DNA from: a virus
DNA: 64,000 nucleotides
Direction: 5' to 3' (one strand)
IMG/VR virus record: IMGVR_UViG_3300036770_002724
Span: 1-64,000 of that record
A program made the position numbers and the translations under genes. Below, one piece after another: positions 11,340 through 21,472 of this stretch. Numbering within the stretch: position 1 is the first letter of the stretch; the number at the start of each line of letters is the position of its first letter. The notes beneath the pieces are model-generated. The model ran no database searches. It was not told the DNA's origin and worked only from the letters and a program-made list of their open reading frames with translations.

Positions 11340-11984
11340 GTGCTCTGTCTTGGAGTGGACCCGTCTCTGACGAACTTTGGGTGGGCGCTACACGATTCCG
11401 ACGCTACGGGAGCACCTCGATGCGTCGAGCGTGGCCGATTCAGGACGTCCAGTAAAACCCTGTTCATCGACAGGTATCGGGAACTTCGCGATTCCTTCCG
11501 CCAGCTATTGCAACGGCTTGATGTGCATCGGGTCGGGGTCGAATACCCCGTCTTTGACGAGCTTTACTCCGAAGGGATGTATGGCCTTTTCCTCTTCACC
11601 TGTGAGGCGTTGCGCCTCGAAAAGCGTGACGTGGTCTTCTTCTCCCCCATGCAGATCAAAGCCCATGCACGGCTGTTCCTTTGCCGACCCGCCAAGTGGA
11701 AGATGATGAAACCGGACATGGTCGAAGCCTCCAAGGCGGACACCGGGGGAAAGGGCTCGTGGAACCACAATGAGGCGGATGCCTACTGGGTCGCCCGTAC
11801 TGCCTGCCGTTTCTGGTCCCTCCATGACGGGCTTCTGTCAGACACGGATTTGACCGCCCCCGAGAAACAGCAGTTCGCTTCGATCCACACCTTCACCAAA
11901 GGCAAGAAGGCGGGCGAGACGGAGCAGCGTGGCATCCTCTTCCGGGAGGATGAACGATTTTTTCAGTGGTCTAAGGAGAAGTGA
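11340..11984 (+). CDS. ruvC: RuvC-like Holliday junction resolvase
   Basis: LGVDPSLTNFGWA, GVEYP, NEADAY catalytic acidic pattern. Confidence 0.8.
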   Translation: MLCLGVDPSLTNFGWALHDSDATGAPRCVERGRFRTSSKTLFIDRYRELRDSFRQLLQRLDVHRVGVEYPVFDELYSEGMYGLFLFTCEALRLEKRDVVFFSPMQIKAHARLFLCRPAKWKMMKPDMVEASKADTGGKGSWNHNEADAYWVARTACRFWSLHDGLLSDTDLTAPEKQQFASIHTFTKGKKAGETEQRGILFREDERFFQWSKEK

Positions 11985-13243
11985 TGCCCCCGAAAAAGAC
12001 AACTACCGCTAAGAAAGAGATCAACCCGCTTACCCAAGGTATCGCCAATCTTGAAAAGACCTTCAAGGGTGAGTTTGGAGCCGTCGATCTCGACCCCAAT
12101 CAGTTCAAGAAGCCTCGCCCCCATCTCAGCACCGGGTCCGTCGTCATCGACTACATGATCGGCGGACGCCCGAACGCTCATGGCGTCCCTCCCTGTCCCG
12201 GGCTTCCTCGCGGAGCCATCACTGAGATTTGGGGTCACGAGGGTGCGGGAAAGACCACCGTGGCGCTCACGGCAGCGGCAAAGACCTGCCGGAATGGGTC
12301 GAAGTCTGGCGGTCCTGGGACGGTCATCTACGTTGACTGGGAGCACGCCGTCGATCTCGCCTACGCGAAGACCATCGGTGTCCCTGTGGACGACCCCAAC
12401 AGGTTTCGTATTGTCCAGCCTGCTACGCTTGAACAGGGTCTTGGGGTCATCTGGACGATGACCAAGGCAGGGGTCGATCTCGTCGTCATCGACTCTATCG
12501 GAGCCGGTATCCCCGAGATCCACCTCAAACAGAAGGACGATGAGAAGGGTGACCTGGGGCGAGTCGGCCTTCTTGCGGCGAAGTGGTCGAAGGTTCTGCC
12601 GGAGCTTTCGCAAAAGGCCGCAGAGACCGGAACGACGATCCTTGGGATCAGCCAGCTACGGAAGAAAATCTCAAAGGGTCCGAGCGCAGGGTACGGGCCG
12701 GATACGGCTCCGCAGGGCGGCGAGGCTTGGAAGTTCTACTCGTGGGTCCGGTTTGGCCTCCGCCGGGTCATGTACGAGAAGGGCAAGCTCTATGACCCCC
12801 TGACGCACACGCAGATTGAGACGGCGGTCTCTAGCCTTGTCCAAGTCAAGCTGGAGAAGTGCAAGGTGTCCTCTTCGCAGGGGCGTGAAGGCCAGATCCG
12901 GATTTCCTTCGGTGAGGGCATAGACGATTTCCGGTCGGTTCTCGACATCGCTGCCGCCCACAAGATCATCAAGAAGGAGGGCGCTTGGTACAGCTTCCAG
13001 CCGACCGGCGTCCCGCTCCTTCGGACCCAAGGGCTAGATAAGCTGCGGGCGGCTATCAAGGAAGCCCCTGGTGCTCCCGAGGAGTTGTACCAGCAGGTCT
13101 TCAACAAGCTCAACTCAATGAGTGAGGGGTTGTCCCTCGCTACCGAGGAGGAAGAGGACGAGGCCGACCTCTCCGACCTTGACGCCATCCTCAACGATAG
13201 CAAGCCCGTAGAGGTCGAGGGCAAAGAGGATTTCGACGAGTAG
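11984..13243 (+). CDS. recA: RecA recombinase
   Basis: STGSVVID, GHEGAGKTT, VVIDSIGA, ISQLR, GGEAWKFY, KKEGAWY; AAGGAG SD. Confidence 0.95.
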   Translation: MPPKKTTTAKKEINPLTQGIANLEKTFKGEFGAVDLDPNQFKKPRPHLSTGSVVIDYMIGGRPNAHGVPPCPGLPRGAITEIWGHEGAGKTTVALTAAAKTCRNGSKSGGPGTVIYVDWEHAVDLAYAKTIGVPVDDPNRFRIVQPATLEQGLGVIWTMTKAGVDLVVIDSIGAGIPEIHLKQKDDEKGDLGRVGLLAAKWSKVLPELSQKAAETGTTILGISQLRKKISKGPSAGYGPDTAPQGGEAWKFYSWVRFGLRRVMYEKGKLYDPLTHTQIETAVSSLVQVKLEKCKVSSSQGREGQIRISFGEGIDDFRSVLDIAAAHKIIKKEGAWYSFQPTGVPLLRTQGLDKLRAAIKEAPGAPEELYQQVFNKLNSMSEGLSLATEEEEDEADLSDLDAILNDSKPVEVEGKEDFDE

Positions 13244-13274
13244 ACCGCTGCCCGTTTTGAGTATTCTTTATGCG

Positions 13275-14495
13275 ATGACCGTCCGCGTTCGCGTCCGCGA
13301 CTTCCAATCCCTCCGAGATGCCTCCTTGGACATCCAAGGCTTCACCGTCGTAACGGGGCCTAATAACTCCGGAAAGACCGCGTTCATCCGCGCTATTCGC
13401 GGAGCCTTCCAGAACACGAAAGGCAGTTCCTTTGTCCGGCGGGGCTGTGCCAAGACCACGGTGGAGATCACCTTCGATGATGATCAGTCTCTCGTGTGGG
13501 AGAAGGGGGCCAAGATCAAGCCGAGCTACAGCATCAATGGCGGACCCCCGATCCATCCAGGCCAGGGTGTCCCTGATGAGGTCAAGGCTCTTGGGATTCG
13601 TGGCATCAAGGCGGGGGGCGAAGAGGTATGGCCCCAGATCGCGCCCCAGTTCCATCAAGTCTTCTTGATCGACCAGCCGGGCTCTGTGCTCGCGGAAGCG
13701 GTCGCAGACGTAGACCGGGTAGGGCACCTCAATGAAGCCTTGAAGGCGGCGAAGTCCGATCAGACTCGGGCGAACTCCACGCTCCAAGTGCGGCTCTCCG
13801 ACATCGCAGCCCTTACCGAAGAACTTGCTCAGTTTGAGGGGCTGGAGCAGTCCGTGGAGGAACTAAAAGCCTTGGAGGCGGATCTCCAGAAGGCCCAGAA
13901 GATCCAACGCGCCCACGAAGGTGTGATGGCGCTTTCCCTTCGCTACGATCTGGTGAACCTGCTTCTTGCCAAGCTCGCTCCCGTCGAGGTCATCACCCTG
14001 CCCCCGGAATCTGAATCCGAGGCTCTGACGACGCTGTTGGTTCAGCGGGATGCTCTCGCGGTTTTGGGGACACGTCTCGATGTGGCCCGAAGTGCGGAGG
14101 CTCGGTGGGCTCCCTTGGAAGGTGTCGCCGTCCCCCCTGCCCAGGAGGTCGAAGACCTCCGTGTTCTTCATGGCGACCTGATCGACGCTGCCCGGTGGTC
14201 ATCTCGACTGGAAGCTGCTCGCTTACAAGTTGCCAAGTGGCTCCCTGTAGAGGGGGTCTCTTTGGATGTAGATGAGACCCCCGTTGTCAAGGTGAGCACG
14301 GCCTTGTCCGTGTTGCAGGAATTCCAGAGGCGTCTGGATACTGCCCGCGATCTGTGTGGTTCCTTGGAACAGAAGGTCTTGGAGGCCGAGCGTGACGCAG
14401 CCGAGACTCAGAAGGCTTTTTCGGACTACCTTGATGAAATAGGGGAGTGTCCGGTTTGCGGACAGGGTACGTCTCACGAGAGGGGCCACGAATGA
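13275..14495 (+). CDS. Rad50/SbcC-like ATPase, N-terminal half (Walker A, coiled coil, Zn hook at C-terminus)
   Basis: VRDFQSL, GPNNSGKT, FHQVFLI, coiled coil, terminal CPVCG; no signature motif or Walker B. Confidence 0.85.
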   Translation: MTVRVRVRDFQSLRDASLDIQGFTVVTGPNNSGKTAFIRAIRGAFQNTKGSSFVRRGCAKTTVEITFDDDQSLVWEKGAKIKPSYSINGGPPIHPGQGVPDEVKALGIRGIKAGGEEVWPQIAPQFHQVFLIDQPGSVLAEAVADVDRVGHLNEALKAAKSDQTRANSTLQVRLSDIAALTEELAQFEGLEQSVEELKALEADLQKAQKIQRAHEGVMALSLRYDLVNLLLAKLAPVEVITLPPESESEALTTLLVQRDALAVLGTRLDVARSAEARWAPLEGVAVPPAQEVEDLRVLHGDLIDAARWSSRLEAARLQVAKWLPVEGVSLDVDETPVVKVSTALSVLQEFQRRLDTARDLCGSLEQKVLEAERDAAETQKAFSDYLDEIGECPVCGQGTSHERGHE

Positions 14496-15460
14496 TCACC
14501 TTGGTTTGGAGGACGGACGCACACCTAGCCGACGAGGCTCCGGCATCTCGAACGGACGATTGGATGGAGACCATCCTCGGCAAGTTCAGACAGGTTGGGG
14601 AGATCGCCCGCTCCGTAGACGCTGATGCGGTCATCGACGGTGGTGACCTGACCCATATCAAAAGCCCGATCCGGAACAGTCACCACATGGTTCGCCGCAT
14701 CGCAGAGGTCCACGCGGATTACCCGTGTCCCGTCTATTGCTGCATCGGGAACCACGACGTGAAGTACGGGGACTACGCCTACCTGGGAGAGTCCCCCCTG
14801 GGGGTTCTTTTTGAGACTCGGGTGTTCCGTCGGCTGTATGACCAGCACGAGGCTCTGTTCGAGGATGGGCCTTACAAGGTCCGGGTTGTCGGCATCCCTT
14901 ATCACGGAACCAAGTACGATCCGAATCGTATCAACACGATCACGAAGGGCAAGGAGACGCACCTCATGGTCGTCGGTCACCTTCTTGCGTCGGCGGGGGG
15001 AGGATCGATGTTCGAGGGGGAGGACATCCTGAAGTACAGCGATCTCGCCAACCTCGACCCCGACCTGTGGGCTTTCGGCCACTGGCACAAGGATCAGGGG
15101 GTCCAGACGGTAGGGGGAAAGACCTTCATCAACATCGGGTCGCTCTCCCGGGGGTCGCTGTCCCTGGATGATCTGACCCGGCAGCCTGGAGTTGCGATCA
15201 TCCGCTTTGAGGGCAAGAAAATGTCTGTCGAGGTTCAGCGGCTACAGGTGGAGTCTGCCGAAAAGGTCTTTGACCTGGACAAGCGTGTTCGCGCCGAGGT
15301 AAGGGACATGACGATGGACGCTTTCGTGGACTCCATCAAGGATACGCTCAAGGGTCGAACAGAGGACTCGCTGTTCACGAAGCTCGACCTGCTCAAAAAC
15401 GTGCCCCCCGAAGTTCACGAGCGCGCGATTTCCTATCTGGAAAAGGTGGGGGCGCGATGA
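14492..15460 (+). CDS. sbcD: Mre11/SbcD-like metallophosphoesterase nuclease
   Basis: TDAHL, DGGDL, GNHD, GHL, FGHWH motifs; ATGA coupling to the upstream gene. Confidence 0.88.
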   Translation: MITLVWRTDAHLADEAPASRTDDWMETILGKFRQVGEIARSVDADAVIDGGDLTHIKSPIRNSHHMVRRIAEVHADYPCPVYCCIGNHDVKYGDYAYLGESPLGVLFETRVFRRLYDQHEALFEDGPYKVRVVGIPYHGTKYDPNRINTITKGKETHLMVVGHLLASAGGGSMFEGEDILKYSDLANLDPDLWAFGHWHKDQGVQTVGGKTFINIGSLSRGSLSLDDLTRQPGVAIIRFEGKKMSVEVQRLQVESAEKVFDLDKRVRAEVRDMTMDAFVDSIKDTLKGRTEDSLFTKLDLLKNVPPEVHERAISYLEKVGAR

Positions 15461-15900
15461 CTGCCCGGTTGCTCGTTGAGCTAGTGCCCTCGACAAGCTG
15501 GGGGGACAACCTTCGGAGTCGGTTGCCGAAAGCCGCCTGGGATACCCTACGTCGTTCTGCGTATGCTAAGGCGGGTCACCGTTGCGAGATTTGTGGTGGT
15601 CGTGGGGCGAAGTGGCCTGTTGAGTGTCACGAGCGTTGGGAGTATGACGATGAGCGTCACGTTCAGACGCTCGTAGGGCTGGAGGCCCTGTGCCCAAGAT
15701 GTCACTCGGTTCGGCACATGGGGCGCTCGATAGCTGTGGGGGAGGGATCCCGAGCTATGGCTCATCTGGCCAAGGTCAACGGTTGGTCTTCTGCCGAAAC
15801 CACTACCCATGTCGAGGAGGCGTTCCGTCTTCACGCACGCAGATCCGTTCACGAATGGGCCTTGGATCTCACCTGGCTCTCCAATGCTTCGGGTTCCTGA
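15457..15900 (+). CDS. HNH-like nuclease family protein
   Basis: CEICG...ECHERW...LCPRCHSVRH. Confidence 0.75.
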   Translation: MTARLLVELVPSTSWGDNLRSRLPKAAWDTLRRSAYAKAGHRCEICGGRGAKWPVECHERWEYDDERHVQTLVGLEALCPRCHSVRHMGRSIAVGEGSRAMAHLAKVNGWSSAETTTHVEEAFRLHARRSVHEWALDLTWLSNASGS

Positions 15901-15927
15901 CGGTTGCATGGGGGTAGAGTGACCCCG

Positions 15928-16908
15928 GTGAGCCGTCCTTTCACCCTCTACTGGTCGAGCTTTGATACCTACGAGAACTGCCCCCAGCAGTTTCTTTGGG
16001 GTCGGGGTTGGGGCGCGATTGACGTGGGCGGGGGTCCGGGAAAGCGGAAGCCCGTCCCCTTCAAGAAGTCAGAGCACCACGCAGTCCTCGGGATTGTGAT
16101 CGGAGCCGTGCTCGAAGCCTTTTACAATGACGAGCTTTGGAAGCACCCTGACGGGCTCCAGCAGAGGCTAGAAGACCTCCTCGACAAGACTCTCAAGCTG
16201 GAGCTTGCCCAGAAGCACATCGACTACAACAAGGCGGGTTCTCCGGCAGAGCTTCGTCAGATCGCTTACGACGGGGTCTTCAACTACATCAGCAAGACCC
16301 TGAAGGCGCACCGACTGCTAGGGCCGTACTCGCGATCCGAGGTCGAGCTTCTTGGCTACGTCAACAAGTACACGCCGGTTGGCGGGCGGGCGGACTTCAT
16401 CATCAAGCGGGAGGACACGGGCGTCACCATCCTCGACGGCAAGAACAGTCGTCGGTACAAGGACAAGGGAAAGCTCATCACCTACACCAATCCGGATCAG
16501 CTCCGGTGGTACGCCATGTGTTTCTACCTGTCGTACCAGCACCTCCCGGATCGTCTCGGTTTCGTCTACTTTCGCTACCCGCACGGCGACCCGGTTCTGG
16601 ATGAGGATGGGAAGGACACGGGTGAGAAGGAGCCCGGTGTTTCCTGGGTCGATTTCACGAAGGACGATCTCAAAGGTCTGGCGGCGCGGGCGGTCGATGC
16701 GCGTAAGGGCATGGATCGTGAGAAGTTCGAGGCCAAGCCCTCTCCTTCCCAATGCAAGTTCTGCGACTACGAGACGGTCTGCCCCCAGCGTCAGGAGCAG
16801 AAGGCTGCGAATCGGCGCGAACCCAAGACCCCTCTCGATGTCCTCGACGGCTCCGAAGGCTTCGTTCAGTTGGGATTCGGGGGGTCGAAAGCGGCCAAGT
16901 CCGGGTAG
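15928..16908 (+). CDS. PD-(D/E)XK (RecB/Cas4-like) exonuclease with probable Fe-S cluster
   Basis: SSFDTYENCP, GRADF..ILDGK, QLRWY, CKFCDYETVC; GTG 15928. Confidence 0.85.
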   Translation: MSRPFTLYWSSFDTYENCPQQFLWGRGWGAIDVGGGPGKRKPVPFKKSEHHAVLGIVIGAVLEAFYNDELWKHPDGLQQRLEDLLDKTLKLELAQKHIDYNKAGSPAELRQIAYDGVFNYISKTLKAHRLLGPYSRSEVELLGYVNKYTPVGGRADFIIKREDTGVTILDGKNSRRYKDKGKLITYTNPDQLRWYAMCFYLSYQHLPDRLGFVYFRYPHGDPVLDEDGKDTGEKEPGVSWVDFTKDDLKGLAARAVDARKGMDREKFEAKPSPSQCKFCDYETVCPQRQEQKAANRREPKTPLDVLDGSEGFVQLGFGGSKAAKSG

Positions 16909-16916
16909 GAAGACGC

Positions 16917-17198
16917 ATGACTTCGACGGCAGAAGGACGTAAAAAGCGACTCGATGACCTCATCAAGCGGCGGGATGCGGCCAAGGATGTGCTTCAGCGG
17001 ACGCAAGGTCGTCTCGATTCGGCTCGGGCAGACGTGAAGTCCATAGAGGACGAGTGCCGCTCCAAGGGGGTTGACCCCTCTAAACTCGCCTCGACCATCG
17101 ATCAGCTAGAGACGCGCTACGATCAAGCAGTCTCCGATCTGGAGTCGAAGATCGCCCAGATAGAGCAACAGATCGCACCGTTCCTCGGTGACACCTGA
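16917..17198 (+). CDS. Short coiled-coil protein
   Basis: ATG 16917; heptad pattern throughout its 93 aa. Confidence 0.75.
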   Translation: MTSTAEGRKKRLDDLIKRRDAAKDVLQRTQGRLDSARADVKSIEDECRSKGVDPSKLASTIDQLETRYDQAVSDLESKIAQIEQQIAPFLGDT

Positions 17199-17215
17199 CC
17201 CTCAAAGGATAGACC

Positions 17216-18493
17216 ATGAAGATTACGGTAGCCAAGTCCGACCTCCTCAGTGCCCAGAAGGCTGTTGCCCCCTGCCGTGCAGGAACGGGAAGCGACCTCT
17301 CGACCCACTATCTGTTCAAGGTTCTGCCCCCCGCCTCGAACGCTGTGGAAGCCTCCCCCACGCTGGAGATTGCCGCCTACTCGGGACAGACGTTCGCCTC
17401 GGCCCCCGTTCAAGGGGTTGTCATCGAAGGCGATTCCTTGGAGGATTTCACCGTTGAGGGGTGGCGTCTGGAGCAGTTCCTGGCGGCGGTCCCCGATGCC
17501 GGAAAGGCCCTCACCTTCACCTACGACTCGTCCGAGAGCAAGAACGTCGAGGCCAAGGCAGCGTCGAAAAACGCCCTTCTCTTCACCTCTCTGGATCCTT
17601 CTGGATTTCCCTCCTGGGAGTCGGTGATCGGCAAGTCTACTGTCACCGCCACCCTTCCGGCCCGGCTCCTCTATTCGATCCTCAACTATGTCAAGGATTT
17701 CGTCGGCAACGACGAGACCCGGCATCCCGAGCAGACGGTGATCGAGTCTCGGAACGGGGTCATCTACGGGATGAACTCGACCCAAGTGGTTCAGGTCGTA
17801 TGCCCGGCCTTGAAGGGTTCCACCATGCGGATTCATGGCAAGGACGTGAAGGGCATCCTCACTTTCTTGTCCAACCTGCGGGACGCCGATGTGGATCTTC
17901 TGGAGGACTTGCCGCGTCCGGGTTCGGGAGACAAGGAGCCGACGACGTTGATTCTTCGTCAGCATCAGTCGGACCCGGATCTTCCGACGGCGGTCTATGG
18001 GGAGAATCGGTTCACGACGCCCTTCCCTGACTTGGGTCCTCCTAATGCCACGGACCATCATCAGTGGTGCCTTGCGAAGTCGGAGGTGCTCGAAGCCCTT
18101 CCGCTCCTGGAGGCCGACGCTCGCGAGAAGGAGACCCGGCTCAAGATTTCCCGTCAGGGGGATGTCGTGAAGCTGTCCATGCAGCGTCCCTCAGACTCTT
18201 GGACGGTGCAGGAGATTCCTTCGGAGGATCCCGTCTCTGTGGACGATGCTCCCGCGATTCCTCCCGAGGGTTTCAAGGTGGATAAGGACGCCTTCAAGTC
18301 GGCCCTCATGGCGATGTCCGGCGAGAAGCCCACGGTCGGGCTCAACAAGCTGGCCCGGGGCGGCTATCTGAGGTTCCTCCGGGAAGAGGGTCCGAAGGGG
18401 GAGCGCCTGCTCGACGGCAAGCTGGATGGGGTCGAGGTCAGTCCCGAGCACCGCACGAAGTACATGACGGTCGTGGCCTGGATCAAGTCCTAG
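17216..18493 (+). CDS. dnaN: DNA polymerase III beta sliding clamp-like protein
   Basis: MKITVAKSDLL start, LDPSGFP and NDETRH match the beta-clamp domain I/II pattern; clamp-loader genes in the same module. Confidence 0.7.
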   Translation: MKITVAKSDLLSAQKAVAPCRAGTGSDLSTHYLFKVLPPASNAVEASPTLEIAAYSGQTFASAPVQGVVIEGDSLEDFTVEGWRLEQFLAAVPDAGKALTFTYDSSESKNVEAKAASKNALLFTSLDPSGFPSWESVIGKSTVTATLPARLLYSILNYVKDFVGNDETRHPEQTVIESRNGVIYGMNSTQVVQVVCPALKGSTMRIHGKDVKGILTFLSNLRDADVDLLEDLPRPGSGDKEPTTLILRQHQSDPDLPTAVYGENRFTTPFPDLGPPNATDHHQWCLAKSEVLEALPLLEADAREKETRLKISRQGDVVKLSMQRPSDSWTVQEIPSEDPVSVDDAPAIPPEGFKVDKDAFKSALMAMSGEKPTVGLNKLARGGYLRFLREEGPKGERLLDGKLDGVEVSPEHRTKYMTVVAWIKS

Positions 18494-18513
18494 CGTTTCG
18501 CGTAGAAGGACAC

Positions 18514-19149
18514 ATGAAGCCCCTACCCTCCATTGACTCGCTTCGGGCTCAGGTGTCCCGAGCCTGCGGGCGACGGGATGCCGTTGCTCGCAGGCTCACG
18601 CTCACGCAGCGTGAGGCCAAGGAACTGGAGAACGAGTCCGCCCTGCTGGACATGGTTTGTGGTCTCTTTCGGACCCTGATCGACCAGGAGGTCACGTCTA
18701 GTGTCGAAGCGGTGGAGAAGCTCCAGACGGAAGGGCTCCAAGCGGTCTTCGACGATCAGAAGCTAGAGGTCAAGGCGTCCGTCAAGATGGAGCGAGGCAA
18801 GGTCTCTGTTGATCTCCTCACGTCCCAGACGCACTCGGACGGTCTGGAAATCGAAGGGGAGAGCGTAGATTCTTTTGGAGGCGCCGTCTCGACCGTTCAG
18901 TCGATCTTGCTCCGGGTCATCATCGTCTTTCGTCGGGGACTCCGGCCTCTCCTCTTGCTGGATGAGACACTTCCGGCGTTCGACTCCAACTACATTCAGA
19001 ACATGGGCCGGTTCCTTTCCAAGCTCTGCGCCCGTCTCAACCTCGACATCCTGCTCATCGCCCATAACCAAGCGTTCGTGGACGCTGCTGACAATGCCTA
19101 CCGTATCGTGAAGCGGGATGGCCATGCCAGGTTTGAGAAGATCCTCTGA
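18514..19149 (+). CDS. Rad50/SbcC-like ATPase, C-terminal half (coiled coil, signature, Walker B, H-loop)
   Basis: DSFGGAV signature variant, LLLLDE, AFD D-loop, LLIAHN; no Walker A. Confidence 0.85.
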   Translation: MKPLPSIDSLRAQVSRACGRRDAVARRLTLTQREAKELENESALLDMVCGLFRTLIDQEVTSSVEAVEKLQTEGLQAVFDDQKLEVKASVKMERGKVSVDLLTSQTHSDGLEIEGESVDSFGGAVSTVQSILLRVIIVFRRGLRPLLLLDETLPAFDSNYIQNMGRFLSKLCARLNLDILLIAHNQAFVDAADNAYRIVKRDGHARFEKIL

Positions 19150-19169
19150 CGGATCGAGTAGGATGATTT

Positions 19170-19634
19170 GTGAAGACCGAAGCAGCTATTCGCCACAAGC
19201 TCAGGCAAGTGCTGTTTCGGCATCTCAAGCACCGTATACAAGAGAACTTCCAGAAGCTCCCGCATACCTGTGGGTTCAATGGCCAGCCCAAGACCCTCGC
19301 AGTTCCCCGTATGTGCCTCTATGGGGCTTCCTCCCCTAGTTCTTGGAATGGTAAGGTGTGCGATGCTTCCGTTCCTGGTGGTGTAGAGCAGGCGCGGACC
19401 TGCCCTTTCTGGAAGCCCCTCCAGACCAAGGATGAGATCAAGTCGGATTTCAAGGCTCTGGTATCCAAGAATCGGGCTGCCATCGCAACCCAGTTCCCGG
19501 ATGCTGCCGCCCTGCTCTGGGTTCTGGAGGAAGACGTGGCACCTGACGATTTTGAGCAAGAGGATCAAGACGAGAATCCCTTGATCCAGCTTCTCCCACC
19601 CCTTCCTAATCCCCCCACGGGTGAGACCCCATGA
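19170..19634 (+). CDS. Hypothetical Cys-containing protein
   Basis: GTG 5 nt after GTAGGAT; four Cys; coupled to the next gene. Confidence 0.65.
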   Translation: MKTEAAIRHKLRQVLFRHLKHRIQENFQKLPHTCGFNGQPKTLAVPRMCLYGASSPSSWNGKVCDASVPGGVEQARTCPFWKPLQTKDEIKSDFKALVSKNRAAIATQFPDAAALLWVLEEDVAPDDFEQEDQDENPLIQLLPPLPNPPTGETP

Positions 19635-20191
19635 CCGATCTTCTTCATGTCGTTCGCTTCACCCCCAAGGCCCTTCAAAAGAAAGGTGCGATACCGCTCC
19701 TCATGGAGTTTCCGGTCAATCCCGAGACCGCCCCTTTTCTGGTGACCTCTACCTCTGCCTTGCAGTGGGTCCACGAAGCCTTCCCCAACGATGTCATTCG
19801 GGCTGCCGTGCGACGGGGCACTTCCAAGGACACGGTATTCACCGAGGTCTTTGAGGCCATCGTGTCTCTGGGTCGGGAGGCTCAATGGGGCAACGTCCAC
19901 CCGTTCAGCGCAGATGGTTTGCGCGCGGCTGTGGATCATGTTGTGGGTTACGAGTTGACTGATCTGGAGATTTTGGTCCATGCTCCCAAGGAAGGGGCTT
20001 ATGCCCTTCCTTCGTGGATCACGGATCAGGGGTTGCCGGTGAAGTCGGTGACTTGGCTTCCCGTGGACACCGCCCTCGTCGTTCCCAAGGACCGGGAGTA
20101 CGTTGGTTTCTTGGGCCTTGTAGGGACGTCCGGCGTCCTCGCTGTCATCCACAATGCCAGCCGTGGCTTGGGTGTGCTCCAGGGGGCTTGA
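19631..20191 (+). CDS. Hypothetical protein
   Basis: ATGA overlap with upstream stop; abuts the primase gene. Confidence 0.7.
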   Translation: MTDLLHVVRFTPKALQKKGAIPLLMEFPVNPETAPFLVTSTSALQWVHEAFPNDVIRAAVRRGTSKDTVFTEVFEAIVSLGREAQWGNVHPFSADGLRAAVDHVVGYELTDLEILVHAPKEGAYALPSWITDQGLPVKSVTWLPVDTALVVPKDREYVGFLGLVGTSGVLAVIHNASRGLGVLQGA

Positions 20192-20905
20192 TTGTCCTGG
20201 CTTGCCGAAGCTCTCGTGTCTTTCCCTTTGAATCCGGACACGGAGGAATACCTCTATCGTCGGGGTGCCAAAGACGAGTCTTTTCACGCGATGGGCATCC
20301 GGTCATGGACCGCTCTCCCGGAAGCCTCCCCTGACCCCACGTTTTGTCAGCGTCACGGGGCTCAGGGTGAAGGCTTGCGAGATATGCTGGTTTGCCCCCT
20401 GCGTTCGCCCAGGGGTTCCGTGATCGGCTTTGAGGCGCGCTCCATCGTCGAGAAGAAAGTCTCTCGCTACCTGTTGCCAGAGGCTGCCTGGAATCCTGTC
20501 TGGGTAGGCATGACGTCGGACGTGATGGGCCGGATATGGGCGGGCTCTGATGTCTGGATCGTCGAGGGGCTCTTTGACTTGTTTCCCTTGGAGTGGGTCG
20601 TGCCTCCGACCGATGTAGTTCTAGGCTCAGGGCGAGCCAAGCTCACCGACAAGCACGTCGAGTTCCTCTCGCGCTTTTGTCGCGGTTGGGTTCACTTGGT
20701 CTATGACAATGACCCTACTGGACAGAAGGGGATGCACGGCTGGACCGATTCGGAGACCGGGAAGCGTCACCTGGGGGCGAAAGACGTGCTACATCGAGTA
20801 GGGTTGAAATGCAGGGCCGTTTCTTATCTGGGCGGCAAAGACCCTGGGGACATCTGGAAGACCGGCGGAGTCCCCGCGTTGAAGGCTGCCTTCGCCGGTA
20901 GTTGA
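20192..20905 (+). CDS. DnaG-like TOPRIM primase catalytic domain, no Zn-binding domain visible
   Basis: VIGFEAR, IVEGLFD, VYDND..G, GKDPGD. Confidence 0.8.
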   Translation: MSWLAEALVSFPLNPDTEEYLYRRGAKDESFHAMGIRSWTALPEASPDPTFCQRHGAQGEGLRDMLVCPLRSPRGSVIGFEARSIVEKKVSRYLLPEAAWNPVWVGMTSDVMGRIWAGSDVWIVEGLFDLFPLEWVVPPTDVVLGSGRAKLTDKHVEFLSRFCRGWVHLVYDNDPTGQKGMHGWTDSETGKRHLGAKDVLHRVGLKCRAVSYLGGKDPGDIWKTGGVPALKAAFAGS

Positions 20906-20923
20906 TCAAAAGGAGAGCTAGGC

Positions 20924-21472
20924 ATGGATGTTTGGAAGGCTTCAGATGACGTTGTGGCGACGGTCAATGACCTGATCGTCAAGTATCACCCGCACCTTGT
21001 CTCCATCCGGGGAGAGATCGCAATCCTCTTTCGCGAGAAGGCGAGCCATGCGGGGGAGAAGGCGATCCTCGGGAAGTCCCGAAAGGCCCCTGCGGTTCTC
21101 GGGATCCTCGGGGACATCGACTACAAGTTCATCATTGAGATCGCCGCTGACGAGTGGGCGCTCCTCACGGACGGCGAGCGGGTCGCCCTTCTCGACCACC
21201 ATCTCTGCGCTTGTCGGGGGACGGAGGACGAGCAGACGGGAGACATGAAGTTCTCCCTTCAGCCGCCGGACGTCGCCTTCTACCGCGAGGAGGTCGAGCG
21301 TCACGGATTCTGGCGCTCAAAGACCGGCAAGGTTCCCGATCAGAATCTCATCATGGATCTGTTCGGTCCCGATCAAGCGGCTCTACAGGCGGCGGCGCAG
21401 CAGAGCGCCCCGGTTCCCGTGGTCAAACCGGGTAAGAACTTCAAAGGTAAGAAGGTTCGGAAGCGTCCCTGA
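20924..21472 (+). CDS. Putative phage metallopeptidase-like protein (degenerate HExxH)
   Basis: FIIEIAADEWALLTDGERVALLDHHLCAC resembles the phage LDHELxH family. Confidence 0.55.
   Translation: MDVWKASDDVVATVNDLIVKYHPHLVSIRGEIAILFREKASHAGEKAILGKSRKAPAVLGILGDIDYKFIIEIAADEWALLTDGERVALLDHHLCACRGTEDEQTGDMKFSLQPPDVAFYREEVERHGFWRSKTGKVPDQNLIMDLFGPDQAALQAAAQQSAPVPVVKPGKNFKGKKVRKRP

Noticed and set aside
15928-16908. Cas4-like nuclease as sign of a CRISPR-Cas locus
   Set aside because: No array or other cas genes seen in the window; context is recombination genes
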